From positions 21,638,001 to 21,702,000 of the forward strand of contig OZ024751.1 of NCBI GenBank assembly GCA_964016885.1: a stretch of DNA of 64,000 bases, written 5' to 3'. Shown here one piece after another: positions 1 to 24,502 of the stretch (the first letter of the stretch is position 1; every line of letters starts with the position of its first letter). This DNA is from Eledone cirrhosa. Lineage: Eukaryota. Position numbers and translations under genes: made by a program. Below the pieces are notes generated by a model. It was given only the letters and a program-made list of their open reading frames with translations. It made no database searches and was not told the origin of the DNA.

Positions 1-1301
1 GTTGTTGTCTTGCTACTTTGGTTCACGTGACAGGTGTAATAGACAGTTGCAGCTCTTTCATGAGTCAGCCAGGTCAGGAGGTGTGGAATGGCAATAAAGG
101 CAGGGGGAGCAGCAGTGTCTGTGACCTTCTTAGACTCTCCTTCCAGACTGAAGTGACGTTGATGCCATTGATGTTCAATTTGAGTGTCATGTCGGTAGGA
201 AAAAAAACAATAAACATGGGCGTTGGCACTGGCGAGGACGGTGGTGGCGGTGGTGGTGGTGGTGGTGGTGGTGGTGGTGGTGGTGGTGGTGGTGGTGGTG
301 GTGACGGCACTGGTGGTGGAAATGGCGGTAGTGGGATGTAATTTCAGTTGGTACAACTCTGTGAAAGAAGGATTGGGACAGAAATATTTGGTGCGATATC
401 TGTGAGGTATGACACTGTGAGGATGACGGGTAGGGGAAAGAAGAACGTTGGTGGTGAGCGAGAGTGTAGGTGCTAGAGATCTAGCTAGTATATATGTATG
501 ACTAAGTCTAAAGTCTGTCTTAAGCCAGAAGGCTCATTTGTTTGGGGGTTTTTTCCCGGTTTCATGCCGTGAAGGGACTGAGAGTACAAGACTTCCCCCT
601 GGACAGAACGCCAGTCCATCGAGAGTTAAACCCCGAGCTATTGCTGGTACTCGTTTTCAGCTGAGTATATTGGGGTAACGTGAAATGAAGTGTTTTGCAC
701 AAGAACACAACACGTAACCCAGGAATCGAACCCACAACGTTATGATTGTAAGTCCAACACCCTTACCACTCGGCCACGTACCTTCATATATGTATGTAGA
801 GACTCGTAACTCCTGATTTAGTCGTAGGAATACCGTAGTGATATACAGCGTGTCTTGCGTCTTTAACCTGGTGGAGAACATTCTCTCTCCAGGTTTGAGC
901 CCAGCCCGATTTCTTTCAGTGAAGAAGAGAGAGAGGGTGGTGCGAGAGAAGACGAGTGAGAAATATATATAGAGAGAGAGAGAGAATTGACCTCAGTGCT
1001 GGACTGATACTTTTTCTATCGTCACCCCGATAGAATGAAAGGCAAACTTGACCTCAGTGGGGTTTCAAAGAGCTCAGAGAACCAGAACGAATACCGCAAA
1101 TCTTTTTATCCAACGTTCTAACGACTCATACAAGCAGCCACCCTTCAACTTGTCAGTGCCGAGAATCAAATGTAGGACAAAAGCTAGTTGCTGTGTTGAG
1201 TGTTGAGTGTTGCTGTGTTGAGTGTTGAGTGTTTTAGTATATATATTTATGCTTTGGGATTAGGACAATGGGATTGATGAGTTAATATCTGTATACAACA
1301 A

Positions 1302-1620
1302 CTACAACGGTACGCGGTGGGGCCCACCCACAGCCCCGGCGGACAGAATGGAGAAGGCGTTTCCCCGGAGGACGGCAAGGGAGACGCGCTGGAAAAGCCA
1401 CTTCAACTCGCGGGGCTCACACCTGCGGCTGGCCAGCTCACCGCCTATGGTGGTGAGTAAGGATGTAGCCCCGGGGCCGAGGAAGGACACCAGAAGTCTC
1501 CATTGCCAGGGGTACGACCGCAAACCTGTCGGAGAGCGACCGGTATTTGAGGAGTTTGGCCCCCTCAGCCCGACGTGCAGCAGTACCTGGGTCAGTTGCG
1601 GCTACAGAAAGTGTCGATGC
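1302..1620 (-). mobile_element. CRE-like (RLE-type) non-LTR retrotransposon 3' fragment
   Basis: AARRAEGAKLLKYRSL..RFAVVPLAMETSG / frameshift / GPGATSLL..IG..LA...EPRE..WLFQRVSLAVLRGNA, typical of the C-terminus of restriction-like-endonuclease elements; GC-rich island. Confidence 0.7.
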
Positions 1621-2282
1621 TGTTGATTTTGAATTTGATATTGTCGTAGTTGTTGTTTAGCCACAGGTCAAACCTGATTGAGCTCACTTTATGATCAAAG
1701 GTATCGCATGCAGCAGTAATCATTTCGTTTTTTTTTGTTTTTTTTTTGTTTTTTGTTTTTTGTTTTTTTTCCTCTGTGCAAAGAACTTAGGACTGCATTA
1801 TCTAATGTGCCTTTTTCTAAAACGGTGGAATGTGATGAGGGATTGGGGGAAGGGTCAACGTCTAGAACAGACGTTTTCAAGCGTGGAGCAATAGATTTGG
1901 GGGAATATTTTACCCGTAGTCAACCCAAAGTAAGAACGATGACAAAGTAAGAACGATGACAAAGTTCACAAATGTAAAGGTGGCGACTTGGTAGAGTCAG
2001 ATGGAATGCTCTGCGGTATTTGTTCCGGCTCTCTGCTCTCTCAGTTCAAATGTAACCGAGATTAACTTTGCCTTTCATCTTTTCGAAGTTGATAAAAAGT
2101 ACCAGTCCAGCACTGGGATCGATTCTTTTCCTATATCTCTTTTCTTAATTCCACTCTCTTTATCACACAAACATTCTATCTCTATCTCTATCTCTCTGAA
2201 AGAAATCACCTGTTCATTCCTTTCTGCATATGCTACAGGGATGAACATTGCTTCCACTTTGGATCGCTGTTTTATTTCAAAT

Positions 2283-2470
2283 AACTGTTTCTACTTTAGG
2301 CACAAGGCCAGCAATTACCCAGTGCATTACTGGTACTTTATTTTATCGACCCCGTAAGGATGAAAGGCAAAGTCAACCTCGGCGGGATTTGAACTCAGAT
2401 CGTAAAGGGACGTAACTATGCTGGAAAGCATGGTGTCCGACTCTCTACCGATACTGCCAATCCACCGCCC
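2283..2470 (-). mobile_element. Abundant tRNA-derived SINE with Meta-like core (representative copy)
   Basis: B box GAGTTCAAATCCCGCC followed by GCCTTTCATCCTTACGGGGTCGATAAAATAAAGTACCAG. Further copies at ~11570-11742, 21068-21245, 26803-26987, 27385-27510, 32045-32184, 35990-36190, 36495-36686, 38150-38340, 38370-38520, 43005-43210, 47005-47215. Confidence 0.85.
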
Positions 2471-3934
2471 TTGTTTTATTTCAAATAATGTTGGGTTTCA
2501 TGGACCGAGTCACATTATTTTCCATATACATACATGTTGATGGTTACAACTCGTTTTATACTCGCTTGATACTTAAGCTTGAGCATTACGAACGTGGCTC
2601 CCTAGTCCTGCTAGGGACTTGCCTATGGCCAGCAATGCCATGCATCGCAAAAAAAAAATGTCACATATCAAACAATGCCTGTGCTTGAAGCTTTTTTAAG
2701 TGAGGAAAGGCCTTGCACGTAGCTAATCCCACTCTCTGAATATCGAATGTATTTACCTAAAAAGAAGTACAGGTCTACATCATTGGATGCAAACGAAGCC
2801 GCAAGTATTATATCAGGGTGACCTTCTCCTAGAGAGTGTCTTAATGAAGACTAGGAGTCTCTCACTCCACAAAAAATACTTTACTTGACTCTCTTGAGTT
2901 CCTCCGCCCTTTGACGAGTTTTGTTTTTTATCCCGCAGGGTTTCCAAAATCACCCTCCTCACCAAGCAAGCTTGGTGAGGTTGCCGGTTTAGTCGCCGGT
3001 TTAGTCGCCGGTTTAGTCGCCGGTTTAGTCGCCGGATTATGTCAGGTCGCTCTTCAGTGCTACTGGTAACATGTAACCCAGTACAACCTGTGCATGGTCG
3101 TGTCGTCGACATGGTGGCTGCCAACTCGTTTTCGAGTACGGCCACTACTTTATATCCATGTAGGAGAACCCCTACCGATGTGCTGAACGAGTGTGACTTT
3201 TTAGTCCAGCCAGCGACTTGAAAACTCTGGTACAAACACTACACTTGTGACAACTACTGACACATAGTGCTGGGCCCATGGTACCATGTGACGACAAGTG
3301 CAGAGAGATCTCCAGATATAAAGCAATGCCTGTGCCGTGAAGCTTTTATAGTGAGCAAAGGCACTGCACAAAGCCAGTCCCACTCTCTTAACCAAGATGA
3401 TATTTACCAAAAAGAAGAACAAGTCAACATCATTGGATACCATCAGGGTTGCAGGTGTTATATTAGAGTTTTCCTTCTCCTAGAATTCTGCCTTGACAAA
3501 GGCTAAGGGGTCATCTCTCCCATGTGTCGTCGACACATACATACATACATACATACATACATACATACATACATACATACATACATTTATGAACATGCAA
3601 AGTTTACAACACACACCTATATATGCACCCGATGCAGTCTACAGCTGCAGCAAGTATTACCGAGGTCAGTAACCTCAAGTTTTATTATCGTCTGCATTCT
3701 TAGTGTTGACACTGGGCGTACTTGATACATGTTATTAAATAACGCAGCCTTCCGGTTTTCAAAAATAAGCAATGAAGTCGCTAGAAGAGCTTTGAATGCG
3801 TTGCACATGAGACAGGTCAGTGTCTCTTTTCACATAAAACATCGCATCGTCTGCTCTCTCTATAGTTTTTTGGAAACGAGACTAATGCTGTTGCTATTGC
3901 TCTGTTGTTACTTTCTCTTTGCGCACGCGCGTGT

Positions 3935-4007
<73 letters not shown>

Positions 4008-7000
4008 TTTATTTTTGTTTTTGAATCATATTCGTTTCTGAGGTCAGCGTCTTCAATTTGCAATTGTTTGAGATGATATAACAACTGTCTGACTATTTTA
4101 TGATGGCGTAAATATCGCTTGCAAATAAGCCATTGTATTTTCTTAACGGGTGTTTATTTGATTATTTAATTTTTTTGTTGTTGCTGTTGTTTTTTTAATC
4201 CATTTTTTTTTTGTTATTATTGTTGTTTTTGTTTTTAATTTAATCTATGGTTAGTCTTTACAGTCTGCAAACCGTTAACGTGTTCCGGGACACGTACAGG
4301 TTTTGTTGTCACTTAGTCAGGAGAGAAGGACAGTACCCATGACTGCTACTTTCCACTATTCTTCTGTATACAGAAAACCACGTGCATTTTGGAGACTTTT
4401 GTCTCCTCATCAGAAGATCTCTACTCATGTAATTCTGTTGAAAGGGTTATTTTAATCTATATGATGTGCAAACGTTTGACAGCGTAATTAAATAATTAAT
4501 ATTTATGCTAGAACACAGTGAGTCTTTTGACCTGCATCATCAATCCGATTGACTTCCTGATCAATGGTGTACAATTGTGGAATAGCCATATGTTTATCGT
4601 AACTTGCAGGTCATTGCAAGCACTACCAGGTCACGTGTTGTTGCGAGTCACCTCCACGTTCACCCCATGGCCGTACAGCGTCGCAAAGGTGACGACATCA
4701 GTACTATTATTTTCTGGATGTTACGTCCATATTTCTTTTATCCATGTACTACGGCACCAGCTTGTAAACAAGCCTGTGATGCAAACATTTGCCTGTCTCC
4801 TCACTTGGTTCTCGATTTTAAGGACCGAGCACATGCTTCCATACGCCCAGCCTCGGTAGAGGGAGCATACAACTCTACACATCGGTCAGGTCTTGCTCCA
4901 ACTCCTCCTTCGAGGGTATATGGAAGCTTTCTCCGTTGTTGGAGGAACACAAATAAGTCACCTTCCTCCTTACTACATCCTGGGTTAGGGTTTCTATGGC
5001 AGGAAAACACTGGCTTTCTCCACATACCTCGACCATTCTTTCTCCTTTTTACTTAAGTTGGTCCAAGTTGAATCGCTATTTTTAACCCACAACACTTGGT
5101 AGCGTTCTCTTCGTTGCTTGTAATCCAGTAAAAATATATTTTCACAGAGATCTCATATAGACATCCATTCTGATGACAAATCGTAACGATTTTTCCAGCA
5201 CCCTACCGATTCTACTATTTACCGTTCTTATTTTTAATAAAGAAAAGGGGGTGGTAGGTTGGCAGAACTCTGCAGTATTTGTATCAGCACTTTGCATTCT
5301 GAGTTCGAGCTTCATCGAGGTCAACTCTTCCTTTCTTCCTTCCTTTCGGTGTTGATAAAATAAAGTACCAGTTAATTACTGGGGGTCGATACTTGCTACT
5401 TCATGAGTAAATTCCTCTGACGGAGAAACACTGTCTTTCCCCTTTTCCTTCAGCTGGTTCAAGTTGAGCTCTATTTTTGATCCACAGCATTTAGTGGTGT
5501 TATCTTCGTTGACCGTACTCTTTATATTGTTTTTGACCTTCGAATTGTTTTTAAACTTATTTGTTGTGCTTATATAAGTGTCTAAGCTTATAACAATAAT
5601 TGTTTTGTGATACATCGTCTGGGGATTTATTTCGAAACTATGTTCGTATTTGAAAACAATTTGGGGGCGTGTTTGTGACCATCCTATACAAATGTCTATT
5701 TGCCAAAAATATTTTATTTTAGCAGATAAAAATGTGTACAGAAAAAAAAATACTTTTTTCCATAAGGTAATCCGGTCAAAAACATTCTTTTCTGCGGAAC
5801 TCTGACATAGACGTCCGTGTACTTGAGTAATCGTAGCGATGTGTCCGACACTCTACCGATTCTACTAATTACCGTTCAAATTTTCAATAAAGAAAAGGGC
5901 GGTAGATTGGCAGTATCGATAGAGGGTCGGACAACATGCTTTGCGGCATATAGTTACGACCTTTTACGCACTGAGTTCAAATCCCGTCGGTGTTAGATTT
6001 ACTTTTCTGCCTTTCTTCCTTTGGAGGTCAAAATAAAGCACCAGTCGATTTAATCGACTTTCCCTTGCCCCAAAATTGCTGGCCTTCTGCCAAAAAATAG
6101 AAACAATTATTAATAAAGAAAAGAGGGTGACTGGTTGGCAGAACTGGAAGAATGTCGATCAAAATACTTTTCAGTATTTGTCCCGGCTCTTTACGTTCTG
6201 AGTTTGAATTCTGCCGAAGTCAATATTGCCTTTCTTCCATACAGAGTCGATAAAATAATCGGTGACAGAAGCGAAACAGACATTGCAAAGCATCACATTC
6301 GACACCCTAAAAATTCTGCTAATCCAGCGCCCCTCAATTCGTACTTTATTTATCGATCCCACCATACTAATTCTGTTCTAATAAATAGAAAACCCATGCC
6401 CCAGGAGCATAATGTCTTAAGTCAAGAAAATTACTTTAGGTTCAATAACAAATTGAAACCGACACTTCGGCTTTTTCTCCTCCTCCTCCTCCTCCTCCTC
6501 CTCCTTCTTCTTCTTCTTCTTCTTCTTCTTCTTCTTTCTTTCTTTCTTTCTGTCTTTCTTTCTCTCTTTCTTTCCTCCTTTCTTTCTTCTTCTTCTTCTT
6601 TAACTGTTTCTTTTTATTTGTTTTTCTCTTTTTCCTCTTCATCGACTATTTCATCATCTAATTGATTTTAACTCCGTTCTCCTTTCTTCTCGTCGTCGTC
6701 GTTATCATCATGGTCACCATCATCATCATCATCATCATCATCATTATTATCATCATCACCATCATCATCATTATCCTCATCTTCATTATCATCATCATCA
6801 TCATCATCATTATCATCATTATCATCATCATCATCCTTATCCTTTTCTTCTTTTTCTTTCTTCATTTTACTTGTCCTTGTTCTTCTTCCATCATAATAAA
6901 CTACTTCGTTATCTCTTCCTTCCTCATCCTTCACCCCTATCACATGTCTCCCTTTCCCCTTAAAATTGTTTTCCCAAAAGCTGTATCATCTATAGGAAAC

Positions 7001-7049
7001 ATTTGTTACAAATTGTTTACAATATGGCCGAGATTCTTTATCATAATCC

Positions 7050-7098
<49 letters not shown>

Positions 7099-7268
7099 CT
7101 ACCTATCACTATATATCTATCTATCTATTTATCTCCTTACATCTATCTGTGTACCTTTGTCTATCTATACCTATCTTTCTATGTCATCTTTCTCTATGAC
7201 TATTTCTATATCTAACCGTCTATATATTTCTCTTTCTAATTACTTATCTTCTATCTCCTATCTATCTA

Positions 7269-7321
<53 letters not shown>

Positions 7322-7641
7322 CGAAGGAAATGTGGTAAGGAACCAGATGGACCATAACGCACCAAAGTACTCAATACTTAGGGTAGTAGAGTGGGTAAAA
7401 GAAATGAGCTCAAGCCGTTTCGACGGCTAATTGTGGACTAAAATTTTCAGAATTTTAGTCCAGAATTAGCCGTCGAAACGGCTTGAGCTCAGCCGTCGGG
7501 GTCCTACTCGTTCCTATATATATATATATATATATTTCTCTCTATATATCTCCATCTATCTATCTTCACCTACACTAAATCTCTATTTATCTATATCATT
7601 GTATGCATATATATATATATATGTGTGTGTGTATGTATATA

Positions 7642-7708
<67 letters not shown>

Positions 7709-10700
7709 GTATGTATATAAATATTTATATATATATATATGCGTGTGTGTATGTGTGTGTGTATGTGTGTGTGTATGTGTATATATATGTGTATGTGTGT
7801 GTGTATGTATGTGTGTGTGCATATATATATATACATACACACACACACACACACACCTATATCTCTCTACTCATAGACCAAATATGTTTGGCCGCCCAGT
7901 CTTTCTCTCTAGATCCACATGTGTTTACAAACAAGCTAAAAACATCCTCGTGACCTCATCTAAAAATAACCTTTCGCTTGATTAGATTAACATAAAATAT
8001 ATTGTAGCTGTTGTTGTTTTTGTTGTTTAGCCCAAGGTCAACCTGGATCACGTAGACCGATTATAATCAAAGATATATTCCAGTCAAGAATATCTCATCT
8101 CTTTTAGGGTGATGGTGGGGGAAGGGCTATCTAGAACTATATTATCTAATGTGTCCCTTTCATAGATTTTTTTTTTTTTTTCTCATAACAGTAAAGTTTT
8201 GATTCGAGTAAAATTAAGCTGCTATTTCTAGCAGATTGAATGGCCTTTTCCATGCCCCCTTTATTGACTCAGGAGAGGAAAATGTTGTTTTTGATATTAG
8301 TGGAAGAGGTGGTGGTGGTGGTGGTGGTGGTGGTGGTGATGGTGGTGATGGTGGTGGTGATGTCGGTTGTGGTGGTGGAGGTGGAGATGGATGTGGTGTT
8401 AGCGGAGGTGCTGGTCGTGAAGGTGGTGGTGGAGATGATGATGGTGGTGGGGATGTTAGTGTAGGTAGTGGGGATGGAGAAAGGTATGAAATTTGAGATG
8501 TTTACTTACTTGTGCACTTTTGTACGTATGTGTAAATAAGGTGGGAGTTGTCATCGTTGCTATAGCGCGTGTGCGCGCGCGCGCCTGTGTGTGTGTGTGT
8601 GTGTGTGTTGTTTGTAGAAGTGTGTGGGTGATGTCATTGTTAGTCTTACGTATATGAGCGTTGTTGTATGATTGTGTGTGCGTATTATTGTCTATGTGTA
8701 TATTGTTGTGTATATGCTTATGTGTGTGTGTCTGTGTATCGGTATGTGTGTGTGTGTGTATGTGAGTATGTGTGTGTGTCTGTATGAGTATATATCTGTG
8801 TGTGTATGTGTATGTAACATGACAATCAGCACCACCACTACCACCATCACCAACACCATCAACCACCACTATCATTAACATCACCACCATAAACAACAAC
8901 ACTACTACCACCACCACCCTCACCACCAACAACAACGGCACCATCACCACCAACAACAATAACAACGCAATCACCACTACCAACAATACCATCACCATTA
9001 CCACCAACACCACCACTACCACTAACAGCAGCAACACAACCATCAACAACAACAACAACAACAACAACGCTGCTACCACACTCACCACCAACAACAACAA
9101 CAACAACACTATCACCTTCAACAACACCATCACCACCACCAACAACAACAGCAACAAAACCACCACAACTAATAAATCTGCCTCAACTAACAACACCATC
9201 ACCAACACCATTACTCCCTAAAAAAGACTTTCAGCGACCACATGAGCCATTATACGGCTGACGGTCGTGAGTATAGGAGTTCAATTCTTCGTAGACGCAC
9301 AACTGGGCCGGTTGATGGGGAAGATTTTGTTATATCTATATATTCAAAGGTCCTGCTTTATCATACACTGTGCCGAAACAGCTTACATGCTCGTGAAATT
9401 CACGTTTAAATGGCTGAGCATTTCAAAGGCACGTGTATGCTTAACGTAGCCCACATGGTACGTGACACAGTGTATGACAAAGCTGTAACTTTAAATTAAA
9501 AGTACAGTCAATCCAACGGGCTTCCAAACTGTTTCTGTCTAACAAATTTCACTCACAAAGATTGTATAGATCTGAGGTTATATTCTAATTGATATTTGCC
9601 TTATATGCAGTGGGATTGAACCTGTAATCTTATGATTACGAAGCGGACTTCTTAACTATGGTGCGTTCACGCATTGTATGTATGTAAGTATGTATGTATC
9701 TGAAACTCCCGAGAGTCGTAGGGGCGTCATATTAACATACGGCGTTTCTAGGGCATTTTTTAAAACCTGGCGAAGCCCATCTCCTCTTCAGATCTGAGTC
9801 AAATATATTTCTTTCAGAGAAGGACAGAAAGTGAGAAAAATATATAGAGGAAGTGAGAAAGAGATATAGAAGAGGAGTAGACCCCAATACAAGATTGGTA
9901 CTTTCTATTATCGACCTTGAATGGATGAATGGCAAAGTTGACCTCGGTGAGATTTGAACCAAAACCAAAACGAATACCACAAAACAATTTATCTGACGTT
10001 CTAACTACTCTGCCAATTCGCCGCCGATGTTCAGACATATTACTTATTTATATATTTTATATCGCAATGGATTAAAAATAGCGTCGTAGACAGAAGCTTT
10101 CCAAAGAACCATTAGGTTCCGACAAATCTGACGACAAGAGCTACAAGACTGTGCTTGTAACTGATCTAGGTAGTAAAAAGAATCTAGCAAGAGATTGGTA
10201 ACAGTTCTTAGTACAAGGGAGGCAACTGATTTAGTGGACGTTGTATAAATATCGTGAGGAACTTTGTTCGGTTAGCACCAGGTTTTCTATTGCATTTTAT
10301 TTCATCTTTTCTTTATATAAATAACAAAAATTATTGTGTACAGTGCTCAAGTACACACACATATATGTGTGTGTATGTCCATATCTAGTGGTTCTACAAA
10401 ACGAGATTGATAAAGTATTAAACTTTAATAAAATAATCGTTGGGATCGATATGATTATCTAAATCCGTTTAAAGAACTGCCCCAGCATGACCACTGTTGA
10501 TTTAATGACTGAGACCAATAAAAGGATATGAGAAGAAACGAAAGAGTCTCATATGAGGCATTTACAAGATTATTTTGTTTTTGTTTTTGTTGTTTATTTT
10601 TACTAATGAATTTGAAAATTTATGTCTACGTATCAGGTGAATGTCATGAGAAGTCTTGGCTATTCCAACACCTTAGTCACGCTATCACCTACGGCTTGTT

Positions 10701-11841
10701 TCAAACATTTTTAAAAAGCAACACCTACGTTCCTTATTGATTGTGCATATATTTTTTCTCCCCACTTTAAGACTATTTTTATTTATTTCTATTGTAACCT
10801 TTATATAAATTGTTCTATAAATTGTTCTACCTTTATAAAATTGTTCACACTATGACCGATATTACAAGAACATTGGTAATTCTTTATGCGTGTGCGTGTT
10901 TGTATATTTTGAACAACTTTGACTTTAGATGGGGAGAGCGGAAGAGATAATGGGAGGCAATGATAGTGGGAGTTTGGTTCTTCTGTGTTCGGACCTGGTG
11001 TATATAAGAGAGAATGAGTATTTCCCACTACCTTTTAAATTATTGTATATGATAATGCTGATAAGACCATTAGAGATTATATTTTATTTATTTATTTAAC
11101 AGGTTAGAGAAGAGCGACTTCGAAGTTCTTAGGTTTGGGGTGAATATTACAGCTCCAACTAGCTAAAAACAGAATTTCCAATGATTTTGAAGGTCAGTTT
11201 CATTCAATACACATTTAAAAAAAAAAAAAAAACAGGAGAAACATAAATTTCACCTCCAGCTTGTGGCAGGTGTAATTATAAAAATATACCGAACATCTTT
11301 TTATCGAGTAGCAACTAACTAAACAATGATAGAAACTAGTCTCTATTTTCTGTGTAAACTGAGGGGAGAAAAATGTGTTGAACATCACGTGACCTTTGGT
11401 GAATCTGAATCGTTGGCGGACCAAATCCGAGGTTTGTTTTTCTCAAATCGGTTGTGCATGGTGGGAAATGGTAGATGTAAAAAAATTGATTGAGAAGTGA
11501 AAATGAACAGTAGATTTTACTAACCGAGAACTTATATTCAATCTACGAAATGCCTAACATTATAGATTATCGGTAGAGGGTCAGTCGCCATGCTTTGACG
11601 CATAGAGTTACGGTCCTTGCCATTCTGAGTTCAAATCCCGCCGAGATTAACTTTGCCTTTCATCCTTACGGGGTCGATAAAATAAAGTACCAGTAATGCA
11701 CTGAGTGTTTGCTGGCCTTGTGCAATAAGTAAAAACAATTATAGATTATTAGGATTTCTCGATTCGTATAGGTACAGTTTCTTAATACAGGGGAAGCAAC
11801 TCTTGGCAGATTAAATATTTCTTCAATAAATTTAATATATA

Positions 11842-12190
11842 CTAGCAGAATGGCTCGGCGTTGCTCGGGATTTGCTCTAGGGTTCTTATATATTTGATAT
11901 ATATTTATCCTTATCGAGCCTCGTGAAATAAATACGTTTGTTTATATTTTGTTATTGTGTATGCAAAAATATCTGTACACGAATATATATATATATTAAA
12001 ATAACAGATTAAAGTTTAAGCAAAGAATCGCTGCTTTCACCCTTAACGGGATCTTCTGAAACTAAAAAAAAAATCAATCTGTGTACGCAGAAGTAAATAT
12101 TTCGAAAAACGTTACACACTATGTATACATATATACACACACACACATATAGCGTCATAATGCAGACATACAGACAGATATTATAAGGGC
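11842..12190 (-). mobile_element. Non-autonomous Helitron-like element (3' terminus)
   Basis: Minus strand ends ...CCCGAGCAACGCCGAGCCATTCTG-CTAG|t: GC-rich hairpin-like segment plus CTAG, the Helitron 3' signature; 5' boundary uncertain. Confidence 0.55.
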
Positions 12191-12341
12191 GCAGGGGAAG
12201 CAACTCTTGGCAGATTAAATATTTCTTCAATAAATTTTATATATATATATATATATTTAAAAGTTAAAAAAGGTTCAATGAATACATCAAAGAATGAGTT
12301 TTACAATAGATTGGAAGCACTCAACTGTAAAAGAGTTATTA

Positions 12342-12788
12342 ATATTAATTCAAAATATTAACAAAATAGATATTCTTGTAATCAAGTATATTTTATTATA
12401 CATATTTCAGAGGTACTGAGTTAAGTTCAACAGTACGCCCTCATCAGATAAAATAAGATGATGCATGACATAGTAGATGGTTAAGATTCAGTCATGACTG
12501 AATCTTAAGTTCAACAGTACGTCCTCATCAGATAAAATAAGATGATGCATGACATAGAATCTTAAGTTCAACAGTACGTCCTCATCAGATAAAATAAGAT
12601 GATGCATGACATAGTAGATGGTTAAGATTCAGTCATGACTGAATCTTAACCATCTACTATGTCATGCATCATCTTATTTTATCTGATGAGGACGTACTGT
12701 TGAACTTAACTCAGTACCTCTGAAATATGTATAATAAAATATACTTGATCACAAGAATATCTATTTTGTTAATATTTTGAATTAATAT
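12342..12788. repeat. Fold-back palindrome with internal tandem partial duplications
   Basis: Arms ~12342-12494 and ~12635-12788 are reverse complements; centre GATTCAGTCATGACTGAATC. Confidence 0.9.
12675..12741 (+). ncRNA. Type I hammerhead ribozyme motif (mirror copy on minus strand 12389-12455)
   Basis: TATTTTAT-CTGATGA-[GGACGTACTG...CAGTACCTCT]-GAAA-T-ATGT-A-TA-ATAAAATA; 8-bp stem I. Confidence 0.7.
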
Positions 12789-13279
12789 ATATATATATTT
12801 ATACACACACATTTAATTCAGACAACACTATAGACCGATTATTGTTATAAAAATGTTCAAGAAACCTTTACGTAACCATTACTATTAAAGTAAAAAAAGA
12901 AACGCGTGCTGACAACGAAGACCTGATAAGTTTATAGTGATGGTGGTATCGTATGTAAGCTGGTCTATATAGTTTGTGCTATTGGTGCATATATACATAC
13001 AGGTGTGTATGTATGTATGTATATATGTGTGTGTATGTATGTATATATATGTGTGTATGTATGTATGTATGTATGTATGTATATATATAGCGAAGGTGTG
13101 GTAAGGAACCAGATGGACCGTAACGCACCAGAGTACTCAATACTTAGGGTAGTAGAGTGGGTAATAGGAAAATGTTTGACCCCGACGGCAGAGCTCAAGC
13201 CATTTCGATGGCTATTTCTAGTCCAGAAATAGCCGTCGAAATGGCTTGAGCTCTGCCGTCGGGGTCAAACATTTTCATA

Positions 13280-13310
<31 letters not shown>

Positions 13311-13843
13311 GTGTGTGTGTGTTATACTTTAGGAGGGTCATGCTGCCAATAAAAACACATGCACCTTTTGGTAATGTCTAGATAATTCAAGACATTTATT
13401 GGAATAAAGCAGGACTAAACTAGCCATCTTTACGAAGATGTACATTTGAATAAATGTGATCCCCCACCCCCCAACCTGATCACCGACCACTCCCGGAGAA
13501 AAACAAAAAACAAGAGAACTTTAAAGATTTTTTTTTTTGCATGGACTGTCTGCCCATATATGGACTATACCCCCTGAGGAGTTCAGCTAGATTCCCTCCG
13601 CTCCAATACAGACGCTTTATATATATGGGTTGAATCAACGATGTAGTTCTGCATACTCCCTGGTAGTGTTACATAAGTAAGGATTGAGGAGTAAGCTATA
13701 TTTCAGGAGTGAGCTATAGGGAAAAAGAAAAAGGAAAGAAGAAAGAGGAAGAAATCATCAATCAACCAAAATAAAATAAATAAAAATTCTTTTTTTTTAT
13801 TTGTTTTTTTTTGTTTAAATTTTTGTGTTTTTTCTACTTTTAT

Positions 13844-24502
<10,659 letters not shown>

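Noticed and set aside
2813-3506. ORFs around the 12-bp TTTAGTCGCCGG repeat (RRLN repeats)
   Set aside because: No recognisable domain; probably an unclassified repeat remnant
4375-4420. Hammerhead-like CTGATGA-GGAGAC-AAAA-GTCTCC on the minus strand
   Set aside because: GAAA is replaced by AAAA and no stem I partner is found; at best a dead relic
6135-9211. Long ORFs rich in L, I, V, YI, CV or HT
   Set aside because: Translations of (CTT)n, (CAT)n, (TA)n, (TG)n and (CAA)n microsatellites; no coding signal
11103-11460. Possible orphan exon(s) with splice-like signals
   Set aside because: The frames I translated stop early or give no recognisable protein, and no partner exons were found
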